Positions 10,497 to 21,236 of a stretch of 64,000 bases of DNA are shown in pieces. The notes beneath the pieces were generated by a model. The model was not told the origin of the DNA. It ran no database searches and was given only the letters and a program-made list of their open reading frames with translations. Position 1 is the first letter of the stretch. Every line of letters starts with the position of its first letter. The stretch lies in assembly GCA_011620345.1 (NCBI GenBank), contig WOZJ01000018.1, forward strand, positions 1 through 64,000. Reading direction: 5' to 3'. A program made the position numbers and the translations under genes. Origin of the DNA: Nitrospirota bacterium (GTDB lineage: Bacteria; UBA2233).

Positions 10497-11008
10497 AATG
10501 GATAGAGGATCCTATCGGAAATGTCCCTGGCCAAATCCACTGAAACCGCCTGCATGGCCTGTTTACGATTCTGTTCCGCCTCCAGGATGTTCGGAAGGAA
10601 CAGGTATTGACCGAACCTGGTCAAGAAAGGATCCTTCCAGTACAACTCTTCAGAAGAGGCACGTCTAAGGCGAACCTCCGCGATCATCGTCAAGCGATAC
10701 TCGGCTACGTTATCCTGCTTGCTGTAGGCAAACGCCCGCGTGCGAACTTCTTGAACCCTACCCTCGAGGACGGCATCGGCAGAGCCCTCATCGTATACAA
10801 GCCGTACACCGGAAACCCCTTGGAGCCGTTCGATAAGGGCGGCGTAAAGCCACTGTTCCACCCCGATCTCTTCCGAACCGTTTGCAAACTTCTTGACCAA
10901 TACGCTCTTGTAAGGAAGATCTGCCTGCGCACGATACCCAACCCTGTACCCACAAGAAAGCGCAAAGAGGGCAAAAAAGACGACGGGCCATGCCCTACTG
11001 CGTAACAA
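10493..11008 (-). CDS. lptE: LPS assembly lipoprotein LptE
   Basis: Lipobox ALSC-GY, ADAVLEG, EYRL; directly after leuS; TTG start at 11008 is inferred. Confidence 0.85.
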   Translation of the reverse strand: MLRSRAWPVVFFALFALSCGYRVGYRAQADLPYKSVLVKKFANGSEEIGVEQWLYAALIERLQGVSGVRLVYDEGSADAVLEGRVQEVRTRAFAYSKQDNVAEYRLTMIAEVRLRRASSEELYWKDPFLTRFGQYLFLPNILEAEQNRKQAMQAVSVDLARDISDRILYPF

Positions 11009-13481
11009 GGTTAAGCAACCTGCCCGGAACGTACACAACCCGCACAACCTCCTTTCCTTCAAGAAGCCTTTTTATCTTTTCGCTCTGGAGGGCGACTCGA
11101 TAAACCTCCTCTTGGCTTGCCTCTCCGTTGAAGACAAGCGTTTCTCTTACTTTGCCGTTCACTTGAACCACCAGCTCTTTAACGGGGCTCTCGATCCTTC
11201 CAGGCTCAACCCTTGGCCAGGAAGCCTGCATGGCAAACCCATTCTCCCCCATGAGGGCTCGCAGCTCATCGGCATGGTGGGGGGCAAAAGGCGCAAGCAG
11301 GAGGGCATAGCGCTTGAGTGCACCCTGGAAGGCAAGCCTTCCATCTGCGGAATCAAGCAGGTCGTTAAGCTCGGTAAAGCTGTTCAGGCATTCCATGAGA
11401 GCCGCGACGGCCGTGTTGAGGTGCTGCCTTTCGATATCCTGGCTAACCTTGTGCGTAGCGCGCAGAATGGCCATTTCCAGCGCCTTCAGAGATTCTCGAT
11501 TGCCCTCCTGAACCAAAAAAGGCCGTTTGAGGCTTTGGGCAACCTCTTGAAACAATCGCCAGACGCGGGACAAGAAGCGTGCGCAGCCCTCTATCCCTTT
11601 TTCGTTCCACTCCAGGTCTTTTTCCGGAGGGGCTGCAAACACCATAAACAACCTAACCACGTCCGCCCCGTATTTCGCGACCATGTCGTCCGGGTCGACG
11701 ACGTTCCCTTTGGATTTACTCATCTTCGAGCCGTCCTTGATTACCATGCCCTGCGTGAGCAGTCGGGCAAAGGGCTCGTCGAAGCGCAAGACTCCCGTCG
11801 CTTTAAGCAGCCTCGTAAAGAACCGCGCGTAAAGAAGATGCAGGACGGCGTGCTCGATCCCCCCAATGTACTGATCGACAGGATTCCAGTAATGGACCCT
11901 GACCGTATCGAGCGGGCCGGCTTCATAATCGGGGCATGCGTAACGCAGAAAATACCACGAGGATTCCACGAACGTGTCCATAGTGTCCGCCTCGCGCCTC
12001 GCGGACCCTCCACAGTTTGGACAAACGGTTTGAAGGAACCCCTCGAGCTTGGCAAGGCCAAACCCAGGAGCAATCTTGCTGGACAAATCAATCGGAAGAA
12101 CGACAGGGAGTTGATCGTCTGGCACGGGAACAGCTCCGCAGGCCTCGCAGTAGACGACGGGGATGGGCACCCCCCAGTACCGCTGTCTGGAAATTCCCCA
12201 GTCTTTTAGCCTGTATTGCACAACCCCCTTGCCCACGCCAAGCGATTCAAGCTTGGAGATAATCGCCCGCCTCGCCTCTTCAGAGGCCATACCGGAAAAC
12301 TCGCCCGAGTTGACCAGCACGCCGTCGTCCTCGAACGCGGTAGGCTCCAGGGGGTGAGAACCATCCGTAGGTCGAACAACCTCCGCAATCAAAAGGCCCA
12401 TTTTCTTGGCGAATTCGAAGTCCCGGCCGTCATGGGCGGGGACGCCCATGACGGCCCCCGTTCCGTAGGCTGTCAGGACAAAGTTTGCGGCAAGCAGTGG
12501 GACTTTCTCGCCCGTCAGCGGATGCATGGCCTCAAGTTCCAAAAGGACGCCTTTTTTGCTTAGCTCGGCCTCAAAGCGGCTGGAGAGCTTTTCTTGCCTT
12601 AGCGCTTCGATTTCCCTCCACACCGCCTCTTGGATACGGCCCGTTTGGTACCAGGAGTCGAGCAGATCGTGCTCGAGCGCGAGCGCCACGAACGTCACGC
12701 CAAAAAGCGTGTCCGCGCGCGTGGTGAACACCTCGAGCGTGTCTTGAGTTTCGTTGACGGGAAACCGTACGAGCGCCCCCTGGGACTTTCCAATCCAGTT
12801 GCGTTGCATAGCGCGGACCTTTTCTGGCCAGCCGTCTAACGTTTCAAGCCCCTCCAAAAGTCCCTCGGCAAACGCGGTGATCCTAAGAAACCATCCTTCC
12901 ATCTGCTTGAGGGTTGCTGATGAATCACACCGCCAACACCGTCCCTCCAGAACCTGCTCGTTGGCGAGCACGGTCTGGCATTTGGGGCAGAAGTTCACCA
13001 TGGAGGGCTTTTTGTACGCGTAGCCTTGCTTAAGGAAACGGAGGAACATCCACTGCTCCCAGCGGTAGTACGCGGGGTCGCATGTCACCACCTCCCGGCT
13101 CCAGTCGTAGCTAAACCCGAAACGTTTGAGCTGTGCCTTCATGGTGGCGATGTTTTCGTACGTCCATTTCGCAGGATGCACGCCGTGCTCGATGGCCGCA
13201 TTCTCGGCAGGAAGGCCGAAGGCGTCCCATCCCATCGGATGCAGGACGTTCTTCCCTTGCATGCGAAGATAGCGAGCCAGTACATCGCCGATCGTGTAGT
13301 TCCGGATATGGCCCATATGAATCCTTCCGGAAGGATAAGGAAGCATCTCGAGGACGTAATACTTTTGTCTGCCTGTTTCCTCAAATACGCGATGAAGGCC
13401 GGCCTCTTCCCAGCGTTCCTGCCAGAAAGCCTCCAGCGCATTCGGGGCGTACGTGGCTTGCTCGTTTGTGGCCATACTCAA
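10995..13481 (-). CDS. leuS: leucine--tRNA ligase
   Basis: MLPYPSGRIHMGH, GWDAFGLPAEN, DWGISRQRYWG, KMSKSKGN. Confidence 0.98.
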   Translation of the reverse strand: MSMATNEQATYAPNALEAFWQERWEEAGLHRVFEETGRQKYYVLEMLPYPSGRIHMGHIRNYTIGDVLARYLRMQGKNVLHPMGWDAFGLPAENAAIEHGVHPAKWTYENIATMKAQLKRFGFSYDWSREVVTCDPAYYRWEQWMFLRFLKQGYAYKKPSMVNFCPKCQTVLANEQVLEGRCWRCDSSATLKQMEGWFLRITAFAEGLLEGLETLDGWPEKVRAMQRNWIGKSQGALVRFPVNETQDTLEVFTTRADTLFGVTFVALALEHDLLDSWYQTGRIQEAVWREIEALRQEKLSSRFEAELSKKGVLLELEAMHPLTGEKVPLLAANFVLTAYGTGAVMGVPAHDGRDFEFAKKMGLLIAEVVRPTDGSHPLEPTAFEDDGVLVNSGEFSGMASEEARRAIISKLESLGVGKGVVQYRLKDWGISRQRYWGVPIPVVYCEACGAVPVPDDQLPVVLPIDLSSKIAPGFGLAKLEGFLQTVCPNCGGSARREADTMDTFVESSWYFLRYACPDYEAGPLDTVRVHYWNPVDQYIGGIEHAVLHLLYARFFTRLLKATGVLRFDEPFARLLTQGMVIKDGSKMSKSKGNVVDPDDMVAKYGADVVRLFMVFAAPPEKDLEWNEKGIEGCARFLSRVWRLFQEVAQSLKRPFLVQEGNRESLKALEMAILRATHKVSQDIERQHLNTAVAALMECLNSFTELNDLLDSADGRLAFQGALKRYALLLAPFAPHHADELRALMGENGFAMQASWPRVEPGRIESPVKELVVQVNGKVRETLVFNGEASQEEVYRVALQSEKIKRLLEGKEVVRVVYVPGRLLNLVTQ

Positions 13482-13484
13482 AAC

Positions 13485-15233
13485 CTATTCCGCAAAGAAG
13501 CGCTGCGTAATGGGCATGCGCCTGTCTTTACCGAACGCCTTGGGGGTAATCTTTACCCCGGGCGGGGCCTGCCTTCGCTTGTATTCGCTCGAGTCAACCA
13601 TCTTAATCACGCGCCTTACGACCTCCTCGGAAAAGCCCAACCCTACAATTTCTTTCAAACTTGCATCCTCCTCAACGTAGGCATGGAGGATTGTGTCCAG
13701 CTCCCGGTAAGGGGGAAGCGAGTCCTCGTCTTTCTGGCCCTCTTTGAGCTCTGCCGAAGGAGGCCTAAAAATCACCTCTTCCGGAATGAGCGAAAACCCC
13801 GCCTTTTGATTTACAAGGTGTGCCAGCTCGTAAACGAGCGTTTTTGGGACATCCTTGATCAGCGCGAACCCCCCGGCCAGATCCCCGTAAAGCGTGCAGT
13901 AGCCAACGCTGAGCTCGGATTTGTTCCCTGTGGCCAACACGAGGTAACCCAGCTTGTTCGACACGGCCATCAAGAGATTGCCCCGAATGCGCGCCTGGAT
14001 GTTCTCCTCTGCCGTCCCATGGGGAAGCTCGTGGAAGTGGGGCTCAAGGTCAGCAAGGTAGGAGGCAAACGTGTTGTCGATCGGAATAGACCAAACTTCG
14101 ACCCCAAGGTTCTCGGAAAGCTGCTTGATGCACCGAAAGGACAATTCCGAAGTAAAACGCGAAGGCATGGATACGCCGAGCACGTTTTCTTTCCCGAGCG
14201 TCAAGACGGCCAACGAGGCGACAAGCGCGCTGTCAATCCCGCCACTCAAGCCCACTACTACCCTGGAAAAGCCGTTTTTGGTCACGTAGTCTTTGAGCCC
14301 TAGCTTCAGGGCCTCTAGCACTTCTTCTTGATCGGAAAGCGGACAGGAGACCCCTAGAGTAGGGAGTGGCGGCTTAGGTTCAGGGGTTAGGGCGTTAGGG
14401 AGCTCAACCACGCCCATGCCTCCATTGCACGAGCCATCTATGCCTTGGATTTCCTTGCGTAGCCTTGGGTTCCGCAGCTGTCGCCTGAAGGGCTCAGGAA
14501 CCTTTAAGTCAAACACAACGGAGTCTTCCTCGAAGGCCTTGGCCTTTGCAGGGATCGAGCCGTCCGAGTCGAAGACGGCGGAGTTGCCGTCAAAGACGAG
14601 TTCGTCCTGACCGCCCACCAAGTTACAAACCAACACAGGGCAGCCGTAATCCAGCGCCCTGGTCTGAAACATGCGCTCCCTTTGGAGCGTTTTGCCCCGC
14701 TGGTAGGGCGAGGCCGAGATGTTCACCAAAACATCCGCACGGCCTTGGAAGGCTTCATCCTTGCACACCCCCGAAGGCAGCCAAAGGTCTTCGCAAATGC
14801 TGAGCCCTATGCGGACGCCCATGTCGAGCAAGACCACGGCCGTGCCTGGCCGGAAGTACCTGTCCTCGTCGAAGACGCCGTAGGTAGGAAGGTTCTGCTT
14901 TCGGTAGCGGGCAATCATTTGCCCGGCATGAAGGACTGCCATGGTGTTGTAGATATCGAAATCCGAATCCACGCTCCCCAAGAGGACAACCTCTCGATGG
15001 ACGGTTTGAGCAATGGCTTCCATCGCCTCTTTTGCTGCCCGAATGAAGTGGGGTTTTAACAGCAAGTCCTCCGGCGGGTAGCCCGTAATCGCCATCTCCG
15101 GGAATACGATGAGGTCCGCCTGAAGCTTTCTTGACCAGGCAATCTTTTCAAGAATTTTGAGCTTATTGCCCGAAATATCCCCAACCGTAACGTTGACCTG
15201 TATAAGGGCGACCCGAAGCGTAGGCATACTCAT
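13485..15233 (-). CDS. nadE: glutamine-dependent NAD+ synthetase
   Basis: Nitrilase-fold domain (FPE, YRKQNLP, ICED) plus SGGIDS, ENIQARIRG, TGNKSE, YKRRQAPPG. Confidence 0.97.
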   Translation of the reverse strand: MSMPTLRVALIQVNVTVGDISGNKLKILEKIAWSRKLQADLIVFPEMAITGYPPEDLLLKPHFIRAAKEAMEAIAQTVHREVVLLGSVDSDFDIYNTMAVLHAGQMIARYRKQNLPTYGVFDEDRYFRPGTAVVLLDMGVRIGLSICEDLWLPSGVCKDEAFQGRADVLVNISASPYQRGKTLQRERMFQTRALDYGCPVLVCNLVGGQDELVFDGNSAVFDSDGSIPAKAKAFEEDSVVFDLKVPEPFRRQLRNPRLRKEIQGIDGSCNGGMGVVELPNALTPEPKPPLPTLGVSCPLSDQEEVLEALKLGLKDYVTKNGFSRVVVGLSGGIDSALVASLAVLTLGKENVLGVSMPSRFTSELSFRCIKQLSENLGVEVWSIPIDNTFASYLADLEPHFHELPHGTAEENIQARIRGNLLMAVSNKLGYLVLATGNKSELSVGYCTLYGDLAGGFALIKDVPKTLVYELAHLVNQKAGFSLIPEEVIFRPPSAELKEGQKDEDSLPPYRELDTILHAYVEEDASLKEIVGLGFSEEVVRRVIKMVDSSEYKRRQAPPGVKITPKAFGKDRRMPITQRFFAE

Positions 15234-15895
15234 TCGCCCTTCTCGTGTGGCGCATGGCGGATGTCCTTGCCCTGAACCATGAACACGATCATCTCGGCGA
15301 TGTTCGTCGTATGGTCTCCTACCCTTTCTAAACTCTTGGCGATGGAAGAAAGGGCGAGAGCCTTGCGGATGTTCTTCGGGTCTTCCATCATGTAGGTCAA
15401 AAGCTCCCGAAACACTTGAATGTTGAGGTCGTCTACGAACTGGTCGTCCGCAATCACGCTTTGGGCAAGCACAGCATCCCCTTCAAAGAAGGCGTCCAAG
15501 CTCCTGCGGATCATCTTGCGTACCTGCTCGGCCATTCTGGGCAGATCCACGTAGGGTTTCAAAGGGGGCTCATTGACGATTTCCAAGACCCTTTCGCCGA
15601 TGTTGACGAGAAGATCCCCGATTCGCTCCAAATCTGTCGTAATCTTTATGGCCGTGAACACAAACCTGAGGTCTTTGGCCGCCGGCTGTTTTAAGACGAT
15701 CATATTCCTAGAAATCCTATCGATCTCAAGCTCGAGCTGGTCGATCTTGTCGTCGGATTCGATAACCATCTGGGCCTTCCGTTCGTCCTTTTCGACGAGC
15801 GCGCCGAGCGCCATTTCAAGGCGCTCTTCGATCATCGCCCCCATCTTGAGGATCAGCCTTCGTACCTCTAGGATGTCTTCGTCGATTCTTCGCAT
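15230..15895 (-). CDS. phoU: phosphate signalling protein PhoU
   Basis: QPAAKDLR, DLERIGD, LERVGDHTTNIAE; adjacent to pstB. Confidence 0.97.
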   Translation of the reverse strand: MRRIDEDILEVRRLILKMGAMIEERLEMALGALVEKDERKAQMVIESDDKIDQLELEIDRISRNMIVLKQPAAKDLRFVFTAIKITTDLERIGDLLVNIGERVLEIVNEPPLKPYVDLPRMAEQVRKMIRRSLDAFFEGDAVLAQSVIADDQFVDDLNIQVFRELLTYMMEDPKNIRKALALSSIAKSLERVGDHTTNIAEMIVFMVQGKDIRHAPHEKGE

Positions 15896-15910
15896 TTTTT
15901 TGCCTAAAAC

Positions 15911-16675
15911 CTAGCCGAATTTTCCGGTAATGTAGTCTTCCGTTTCCTTCTTGGCCGGTGTGACAAAGATCGCCTCGGTCTTATCGTACTCGATCAAGCG
16001 GCCTATGTAGAAGAATGCAGTGGAGTCGCTGCACCTTGCCGCCTGCTGCATGTTGTGCGTAACGATGACGATCGTGTACGAGCTCTTCAAGTCTTGAATT
16101 AACTCTTCGAGCTTTGCCGTTGCAATCGGGTCGAGCGCAGAGGCCGGCTCATCCAAAAGAAGAATCTTCGGGCCTACTGCCAAGGCCCTGGCGATGCAAA
16201 GCCGCTGCTGCTGCCCCCCCGAAAGGCCGAGTGCGGGTTCTCGAAGCCTGTCTTTAACCTCGTCAAACAGCCCGGCCCTTCGCAGGCTATCCTCGACGAT
16301 AGCATCCAAATCTCTTGCGCCGCGAACCCCGTGCAGCTTGGGGCCAAACGCCACGTTGTCGTAGATGGACTTAGGGAAGGGGTTGGCCTTCTGGAACACC
16401 ATCCCGACGTTTTTGCGAAGCTGGGCCACATCCACACCGTTGTTATAGATATCGGCTCCTTCGATCATCACCCGGCCTTCCGCCCTGGCCCCTGGGACAA
16501 GCTCGTGCATACGGTTCAATACCTTCAGGAACGTCGATTTTCCGCAGCCTGACGGGCCAATCAGCGCGGTGATCTGATTGCGGTAAATCTCCATGCTAAC
16601 ACCAAACAGCGCCTGTTTCTTGCCGTAAAAAAAGTTAAGCCCCTCAACCCGAATCGAAACTCTGCCGTTCATCAT
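15911..16675 (-). CDS. pstB: phosphate ABC transporter ATP-binding subunit
   Basis: [48 protein letters not shown]. Confidence 0.97.
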   Translation of the reverse strand: MMNGRVSIRVEGLNFFYGKKQALFGVSMEIYRNQITALIGPSGCGKSTFLKVLNRMHELVPGARAEGRVMIEGADIYNNGVDVAQLRKNVGMVFQKANPFPKSIYDNVAFGPKLHGVRGARDLDAIVEDSLRRAGLFDEVKDRLREPALGLSGGQQQRLCIARALAVGPKILLLDEPASALDPIATAKLEELIQDLKSSYTIVIVTHNMQQAARCSDSTAFFYIGRLIEYDKTEAIFVTPAKKETEDYITGKFG

Positions 16676-16698
16676 AATAAGGACAACCCCTCCATTAG

Positions 16699-17475
16699 TC
16701 AGGCTGACGGAACGAATAAAGACCCGAGCGTGACTTGAGGAAGCACGGCAAAGCTCCGTATGGACTCAAGAACGCCCAAAAAATATCCCTTGCACTCGAT
16801 GTCTCCCGGATGAAACTCTACCCGTAGAATGGGCGAGCGCTGTACTCGAACGCCAAGGCGGACATACGGAAGGGCAAACATCCTCCGAAGGGGGGTTCGG
16901 ACAGACCCAGAGATGACCTTCGAGCGAATACCAAGCCTTTGACGGAAATCTACAAGCCATCCAAAGGTTGCAAGCGAGCGAAACCCGGCCATTTGTACCG
17001 CAGCCCACTGTTTCCTGGAAAGTATCCAGGCGGGAGCAACGAACCCCCCCGGGGAAAGTCCGGCCTGCGAGAGCATTCCAAGGCCTTCTTGAAGGCGTTC
17101 AAGGAGGTGCGGTTCGGCCATACCCAAACACTCCCCCTCTCCGTTGGTCGCCACTCTTTGCAGAACCCGTCTATAGGCCCATTTTAAGTCTTTTGTCAAA
17201 TAAGGATCCCAGCGGTGAAGAATGCCGTGCATCGCCACTTCGTCTCCCTTGGCCATCCTCTCTTTGACATACTTCACGAGCCTGGCTTCCTGCGAAAACT
17301 TCAGCCTGCCATGATACCACGGAACGGCAAGGAGCGTTACCCGCTCCACCCCAACCTTCTCCAGCGCACGCCGGATGGCCACAACTTGGCAAAAGCTTCC
17401 CGGGTAGACGTCATGAATGGCGACGTAAAGAGACTTACCGGCCAAGGAGACTTCTTTGATCCCGCAGGGCAACAT
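16699..17475 (-). CDS. DUF2334-like polysaccharide deacetylase family protein
   Basis: VAIHDV, LLAVP, EVAMHG.LH, GFVAPAW, RVEFHP.D motifs. Confidence 0.8.
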   Translation of the reverse strand: MLPCGIKEVSLAGKSLYVAIHDVYPGSFCQVVAIRRALEKVGVERVTLLAVPWYHGRLKFSQEARLVKYVKERMAKGDEVAMHGILHRWDPYLTKDLKWAYRRVLQRVATNGEGECLGMAEPHLLERLQEGLGMLSQAGLSPGGFVAPAWILSRKQWAAVQMAGFRSLATFGWLVDFRQRLGIRSKVISGSVRTPLRRMFALPYVRLGVRVQRSPILRVEFHPGDIECKGYFLGVLESIRSFAVLPQVTLGSLFVPSA

Positions 17476-18607
17476 ACAAAGCCTTCAGCGATTCGAATGT
17501 ACGGTTCCAACTGAAGCGATCAAGGACAAGCTTCCTCGCGAGCGAACCCAAGCGTTCGCGATCCATACCGAGAACTTTCGCAACGGCATCGGCAAACGCG
17601 CCCGGAGAGGGGTCTGCAACGGGAAAGCTTGCTTGTCCCATGTCGGCACACAGAAAGCCAAGGTTTTTTTGGAATACCACGGGCGTCCCGGAAGACAGCG
17701 CCTCGAGCGCGGCCAAGCCGAACGTCTCATAGCGGCTTGGCATCACGAGCACGTCCACGCTCGCGTACAACACGGCGAGCGTTTGTTTTGGCAGATAGCC
17801 CAAGTACCGAACCACTTGGGGGTGTTCCCGCTGAAGTTCCAGGGCTTGGGGGCTCATGGGCCCGTCCCCCGCGATCAGGCAATTTGTAGCCATTCTTTCC
17901 CAAAGCATGCGCTGAACCTCGAGGAAGAGCGGAAAACACTTGTCTTTGCTAAGCCTGCCCACGTAAAGCACCGAGGGGAGCGAGGGGTCTAGCCCTAAGG
18001 CTTGGAGCAGTTGAGGGTTACGTTTTTCTGGGGCAAACAATGCGGTATCCACGCCGAGGCTCACGAGCGTTGCGTTTTCGATTCCTAATTGTCTCAGCTT
18101 GTCTAAGAGGGGTTGCGTAGCAGCAAGCGTGGCATCGAAGCGGTTATAGAGGGCCTTTGTATATTTAAGCGCGATCGTATAGGGAAGGCTTGCAAGCCGC
18201 CATGGATGCCCATTCCGGGCAGATACCCGAAAATATGTGTCCGAGAAATCGCTGTGGTAAAACCCGACGCATGGAACCTTCCGAGTCCTGGCGTAGTACA
18301 ACGCGCTCCATGGTAAAAGGTCCGGAGAGCCTACTTCAAGCACATCAGGCGCTTCTTTTCTCAAGATTCGAAGGCAGACGAGCGGGTTTAGAATGAGCCG
18401 GTACTGCATGTTCCAAGGAACGGGCATCCCGTGCACCCTGTAGATCTTCCTCCCTGGCACCTCGAGGACCTCGTTCCGTTTGTAAGGCACGATAAGCAGC
18501 TGCTTCCACGCGCCCGTCCTCACGCCGTATTCCCCTTTGGCCTCGAGGTAGGTCTTGATCCCACCGCTCCTTTCCGAGTAGAACTGCGTAAGGTCGCAAA
18601 CGTACAT
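17435..18607 (-). CDS. GT4 glycosyltransferase (PimC-like subfamily)
   Basis: DLTQFYSERSGGIKTYL, YHSD, YVGRLSKDK, ETFGLAALEALSSGTPVV. Confidence 0.9.
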   Translation of the reverse strand: MYVCDLTQFYSERSGGIKTYLEAKGEYGVRTGAWKQLLIVPYKRNEVLEVPGRKIYRVHGMPVPWNMQYRLILNPLVCLRILRKEAPDVLEVGSPDLLPWSALYYARTRKVPCVGFYHSDFSDTYFRVSARNGHPWRLASLPYTIALKYTKALYNRFDATLAATQPLLDKLRQLGIENATLVSLGVDTALFAPEKRNPQLLQALGLDPSLPSVLYVGRLSKDKCFPLFLEVQRMLWERMATNCLIAGDGPMSPQALELQREHPQVVRYLGYLPKQTLAVLYASVDVLVMPSRYETFGLAALEALSSGTPVVFQKNLGFLCADMGQASFPVADPSPGAFADAVAKVLGMDRERLGSLARKLVLDRFSWNRTFESLKALYVALRDQRSLLGR

Positions 18608-18679
18608 TTCCTGCGCTCCGGAGCGATACGAGTGTTTTTTCCATTGTACGCGCGTTCCTCACGATTCGGCAAAGGGCTT

Positions 18680-21214
18680 TCAAGAAAGGCGCTTGAGGGC
18701 AAACGTCTCCCTTGCGTGCATTTGCCAAAATGCCTCAAACGCCTTGTCGAACGAACGATTTTCCATGTACCGCCTGGCCTCGATCGCCATCTCCTGTCTT
18801 CTTGCGGGGCTCTCAAGTAGCTCTTCTATCGCCTTGACGAGCGCGAAACTGCTCCCAGCCTTGAACACAAGGCCCGTCCTGCCTGCTTCAAGGTTCTCGG
18901 AGGGCCCGCCCTCATCGGCCACAACGACGGGGATACCGGAGGCTTGGGCTTCGAGGACGACGTTCCCAAACGTATCCGTCGAGGAGGGAAAGACAAAAAT
19001 ATCGGCAGAAGCGTAAACGCTCGAAAGCTCTTCCCCTTCGAGCGGCCCTGTAAATGTAATGCCAGAACCCTCGCATTTTGCCTTCAGTGCCCCTAAATAA
19101 GGGCCATCCCCCACGACGATCAACCCGGTGTTCTTATGGCGCTCTTTGACAAAAAGGTAGGCATCGATCAGCAGGTCCAAACCCTTCTCTTTCGAGACTC
19201 TTCCCACGTACAGGAGCTTTGTCTCTCCGTTGTTCGAAAAATTTTTCCAGATATCTTGGTTGCGAAAGCGCGGATGGAAGCGCTGAATGTCGATCCCCCT
19301 CGGAAAAACCTTGATCTTATCCGGCGTAAAACCGTTTTGCACCAGTTGGTTCATCGTCGCCTTGGAGGGGACGAATACGATATCCATCTGTTCGTAGTAC
19401 CAGCGGATATATCGCCAGCTCATCTCCTCCATCGAAAAATCTCCCGTTAGAATCCGGACATACTGAGGGATGTCTGTGTGATAGATGCCGTTGATCGGGA
19501 TGTCCAAGAGCCTTGCAACCAACAACCCGGCGAGCCCCATGGGGCCGGGCGTCGAGGAGATCACGGAGTCAAACCCCTCACGCTCGCAAAACTCCACGAT
19601 GTCCAAAAGTGGCGGAACGTAGAGCTTAATGCTCTCGTATTCCGGGATCGGGAATGTCAAGAGCGGAAGAAACTTGACGAACACGTCCTCTAGGTAGGCC
19701 TCAATTTTGGCGTTCTGCGGGCATGCCACGACCTTTAAGTCTTTGGCGCTTCTCTTGGCGGATCGTGCCATCTCGAGGATGGTCCTGGCTACGCCGTTGA
19801 CGTCGAATATGGTGTCCGAAAACCAGACCCTCCTGTCCAAGGGTTCCCCGCGTAGGTCCTCTAGAAGTCCGAGCCCATCTAGGACCTCACGGATACGCTT
19901 TTTGTCTTTGTTTTGATGGTGGTAGGAAAAAAAGTATGGCATAAGCAACATTTGGACCATGGCAAGGGCAGAGAGGTGATTAAAGTTGTCTAAAATCTTG
20001 AAGGTTTTTAAGTTTTTTAAGAACTTCGAGACGAAGTTCGAAGTCATGTGCTGTGAAATGCCGGAGGCGAGCTTTAGGTAGTTCTCGTTGATCGCCTCCC
20101 ACTTTGCCTCGTCCGTAGCCCAAAGGCCCGAAAGCTCTTCGCTATGCGTCAAAAAAGAGGCCCTTCGCCCAAGAATACGAAGGAGGGCCTGATCGCCCTT
20201 TGGGATGTCCTCTCTGGGCTCGTAGCGTTCGATGAGCCGCTTGACCTTTTTTGCGATCGCCGACTGGAGTGTGCCCTTGGCGCCGGACTGGGGGTTTTCT
20301 CCGTTGCTCCCCGACTCTTGAGAAATCTTGTCAAGCAACGAAAATAGCAAATCTTCTGGCTTTTTGACCTCCTTGAGCACGTCCTTTGCTAAAAACTGGT
20401 AAGCAATTGCGTATAAACTATGGGCAAGCCCCAAAGGCGAGCCGTACCGCCCTGCACCCCTGCTCTGGCCAGATCGAAGGAACGAAAGAAACTCTTCAGG
20501 CGTGGCAGCTTTGGGCACAACCGTGTAGGCATGGCCGACAAACAGGCCTCCGTGATCGTCCGAACCCCCTGCCATACCTCGCCTTGTCTCAAGGATAGGC
20601 TCGAGGTCCATCGGGTTTCGGTCGGCAAGCTCGAGCAGGAAGTCTCTTGTAAGGCACCCTAAAAGCCTTTCGAAGGCCATGCTCGTGATCGCTTTTCTCG
20701 AACCGTTCACCGTCTCGAACGCAGGAAACAAGAGCAGCAACCTCTCGATATGGTAGCGTTTCAGGCGGTCGTTAATGGCGTAGAAGGGGTGCGTCACGTA
20801 ATGGACGACGTTCTTTTCGCGCAGATAAGCGACGAGCTCATAGATATTGTCCCGCACGCTCGCGATATCCTCGTGAATCTTTTCGTCGATTCCTAGCACC
20901 TGGACGTGGATCTTGCAATCGTCCTCGGGAAAATATGTCGTGACTTCTTCGCCGATAACCACGTCCGGATGGTGGGCGATTTCGAGCGCTCCATCGATCA
21001 CGTTATGGTCGGTGATCGTCACGAAGTCCATTCCTAACGCCTTCTCCGTGGTGTACACCCAAGAAGGCTCGAGGTAGCTCTCCTGACAGCCTAGCCGCCT
21101 CAAGAGCCACTGCGTGGGCTTTGTGGAGTACTTTGAATGAACGTGAAGATCGGCCATGGATACCAACGCCCGGTCTATATTCGAAGAAAGCTCTTTTCTT
21201 CGTTCGGTGTCCAT
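18680..21214 (-). CDS. PHP-domain / GT4 glycosyltransferase fusion
   Basis: N-terminal PHP metal motifs DLHVHS, TDHN, GEE, HPF, GGSDDH; C-terminal GT4 motifs NGVART, YHTD, RGID, YVGRVSKEK, DTFGNVVLEAQASG. Confidence 0.9.
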   Translation of the reverse strand: MDTERRKELSSNIDRALVSMADLHVHSKYSTKPTQWLLRRLGCQESYLEPSWVYTTEKALGMDFVTITDHNVIDGALEIAHHPDVVIGEEVTTYFPEDDCKIHVQVLGIDEKIHEDIASVRDNIYELVAYLREKNVVHYVTHPFYAINDRLKRYHIERLLLLFPAFETVNGSRKAITSMAFERLLGCLTRDFLLELADRNPMDLEPILETRRGMAGGSDDHGGLFVGHAYTVVPKAATPEEFLSFLRSGQSRGAGRYGSPLGLAHSLYAIAYQFLAKDVLKEVKKPEDLLFSLLDKISQESGSNGENPQSGAKGTLQSAIAKKVKRLIERYEPREDIPKGDQALLRILGRRASFLTHSEELSGLWATDEAKWEAINENYLKLASGISQHMTSNFVSKFLKNLKTFKILDNFNHLSALAMVQMLLMPYFFSYHHQNKDKKRIREVLDGLGLLEDLRGEPLDRRVWFSDTIFDVNGVARTILEMARSAKRSAKDLKVVACPQNAKIEAYLEDVFVKFLPLLTFPIPEYESIKLYVPPLLDIVEFCEREGFDSVISSTPGPMGLAGLLVARLLDIPINGIYHTDIPQYVRILTGDFSMEEMSWRYIRWYYEQMDIVFVPSKATMNQLVQNGFTPDKIKVFPRGIDIQRFHPRFRNQDIWKNFSNNGETKLLYVGRVSKEKGLDLLIDAYLFVKERHKNTGLIVVGDGPYLGALKAKCEGSGITFTGPLEGEELSSVYASADIFVFPSSTDTFGNVVLEAQASGIPVVVADEGGPSENLEAGRTGLVFKAGSSFALVKAIEELLESPARRQEMAIEARRYMENRSFDKAFEAFWQMHARETFALKRLS

Positions 21215-21236
21215 ATCTTAATCCCTCGTTAGGGTT

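Noticed and set aside
10788-10991. ATG just after leuS, out of frame with lptE and next to a T6 run, considered as a frameshift or phase variation
   Set aside because: An in-frame TTG at 11008 gives a normal lipoprotein signal peptide, so no frameshift is needed.
11112-14303. 365-aa and 425-aa plus-strand ORFs
   Set aside because: Antisense to leuS and nadE; long shadow ORFs are expected at this GC content and codon bias.
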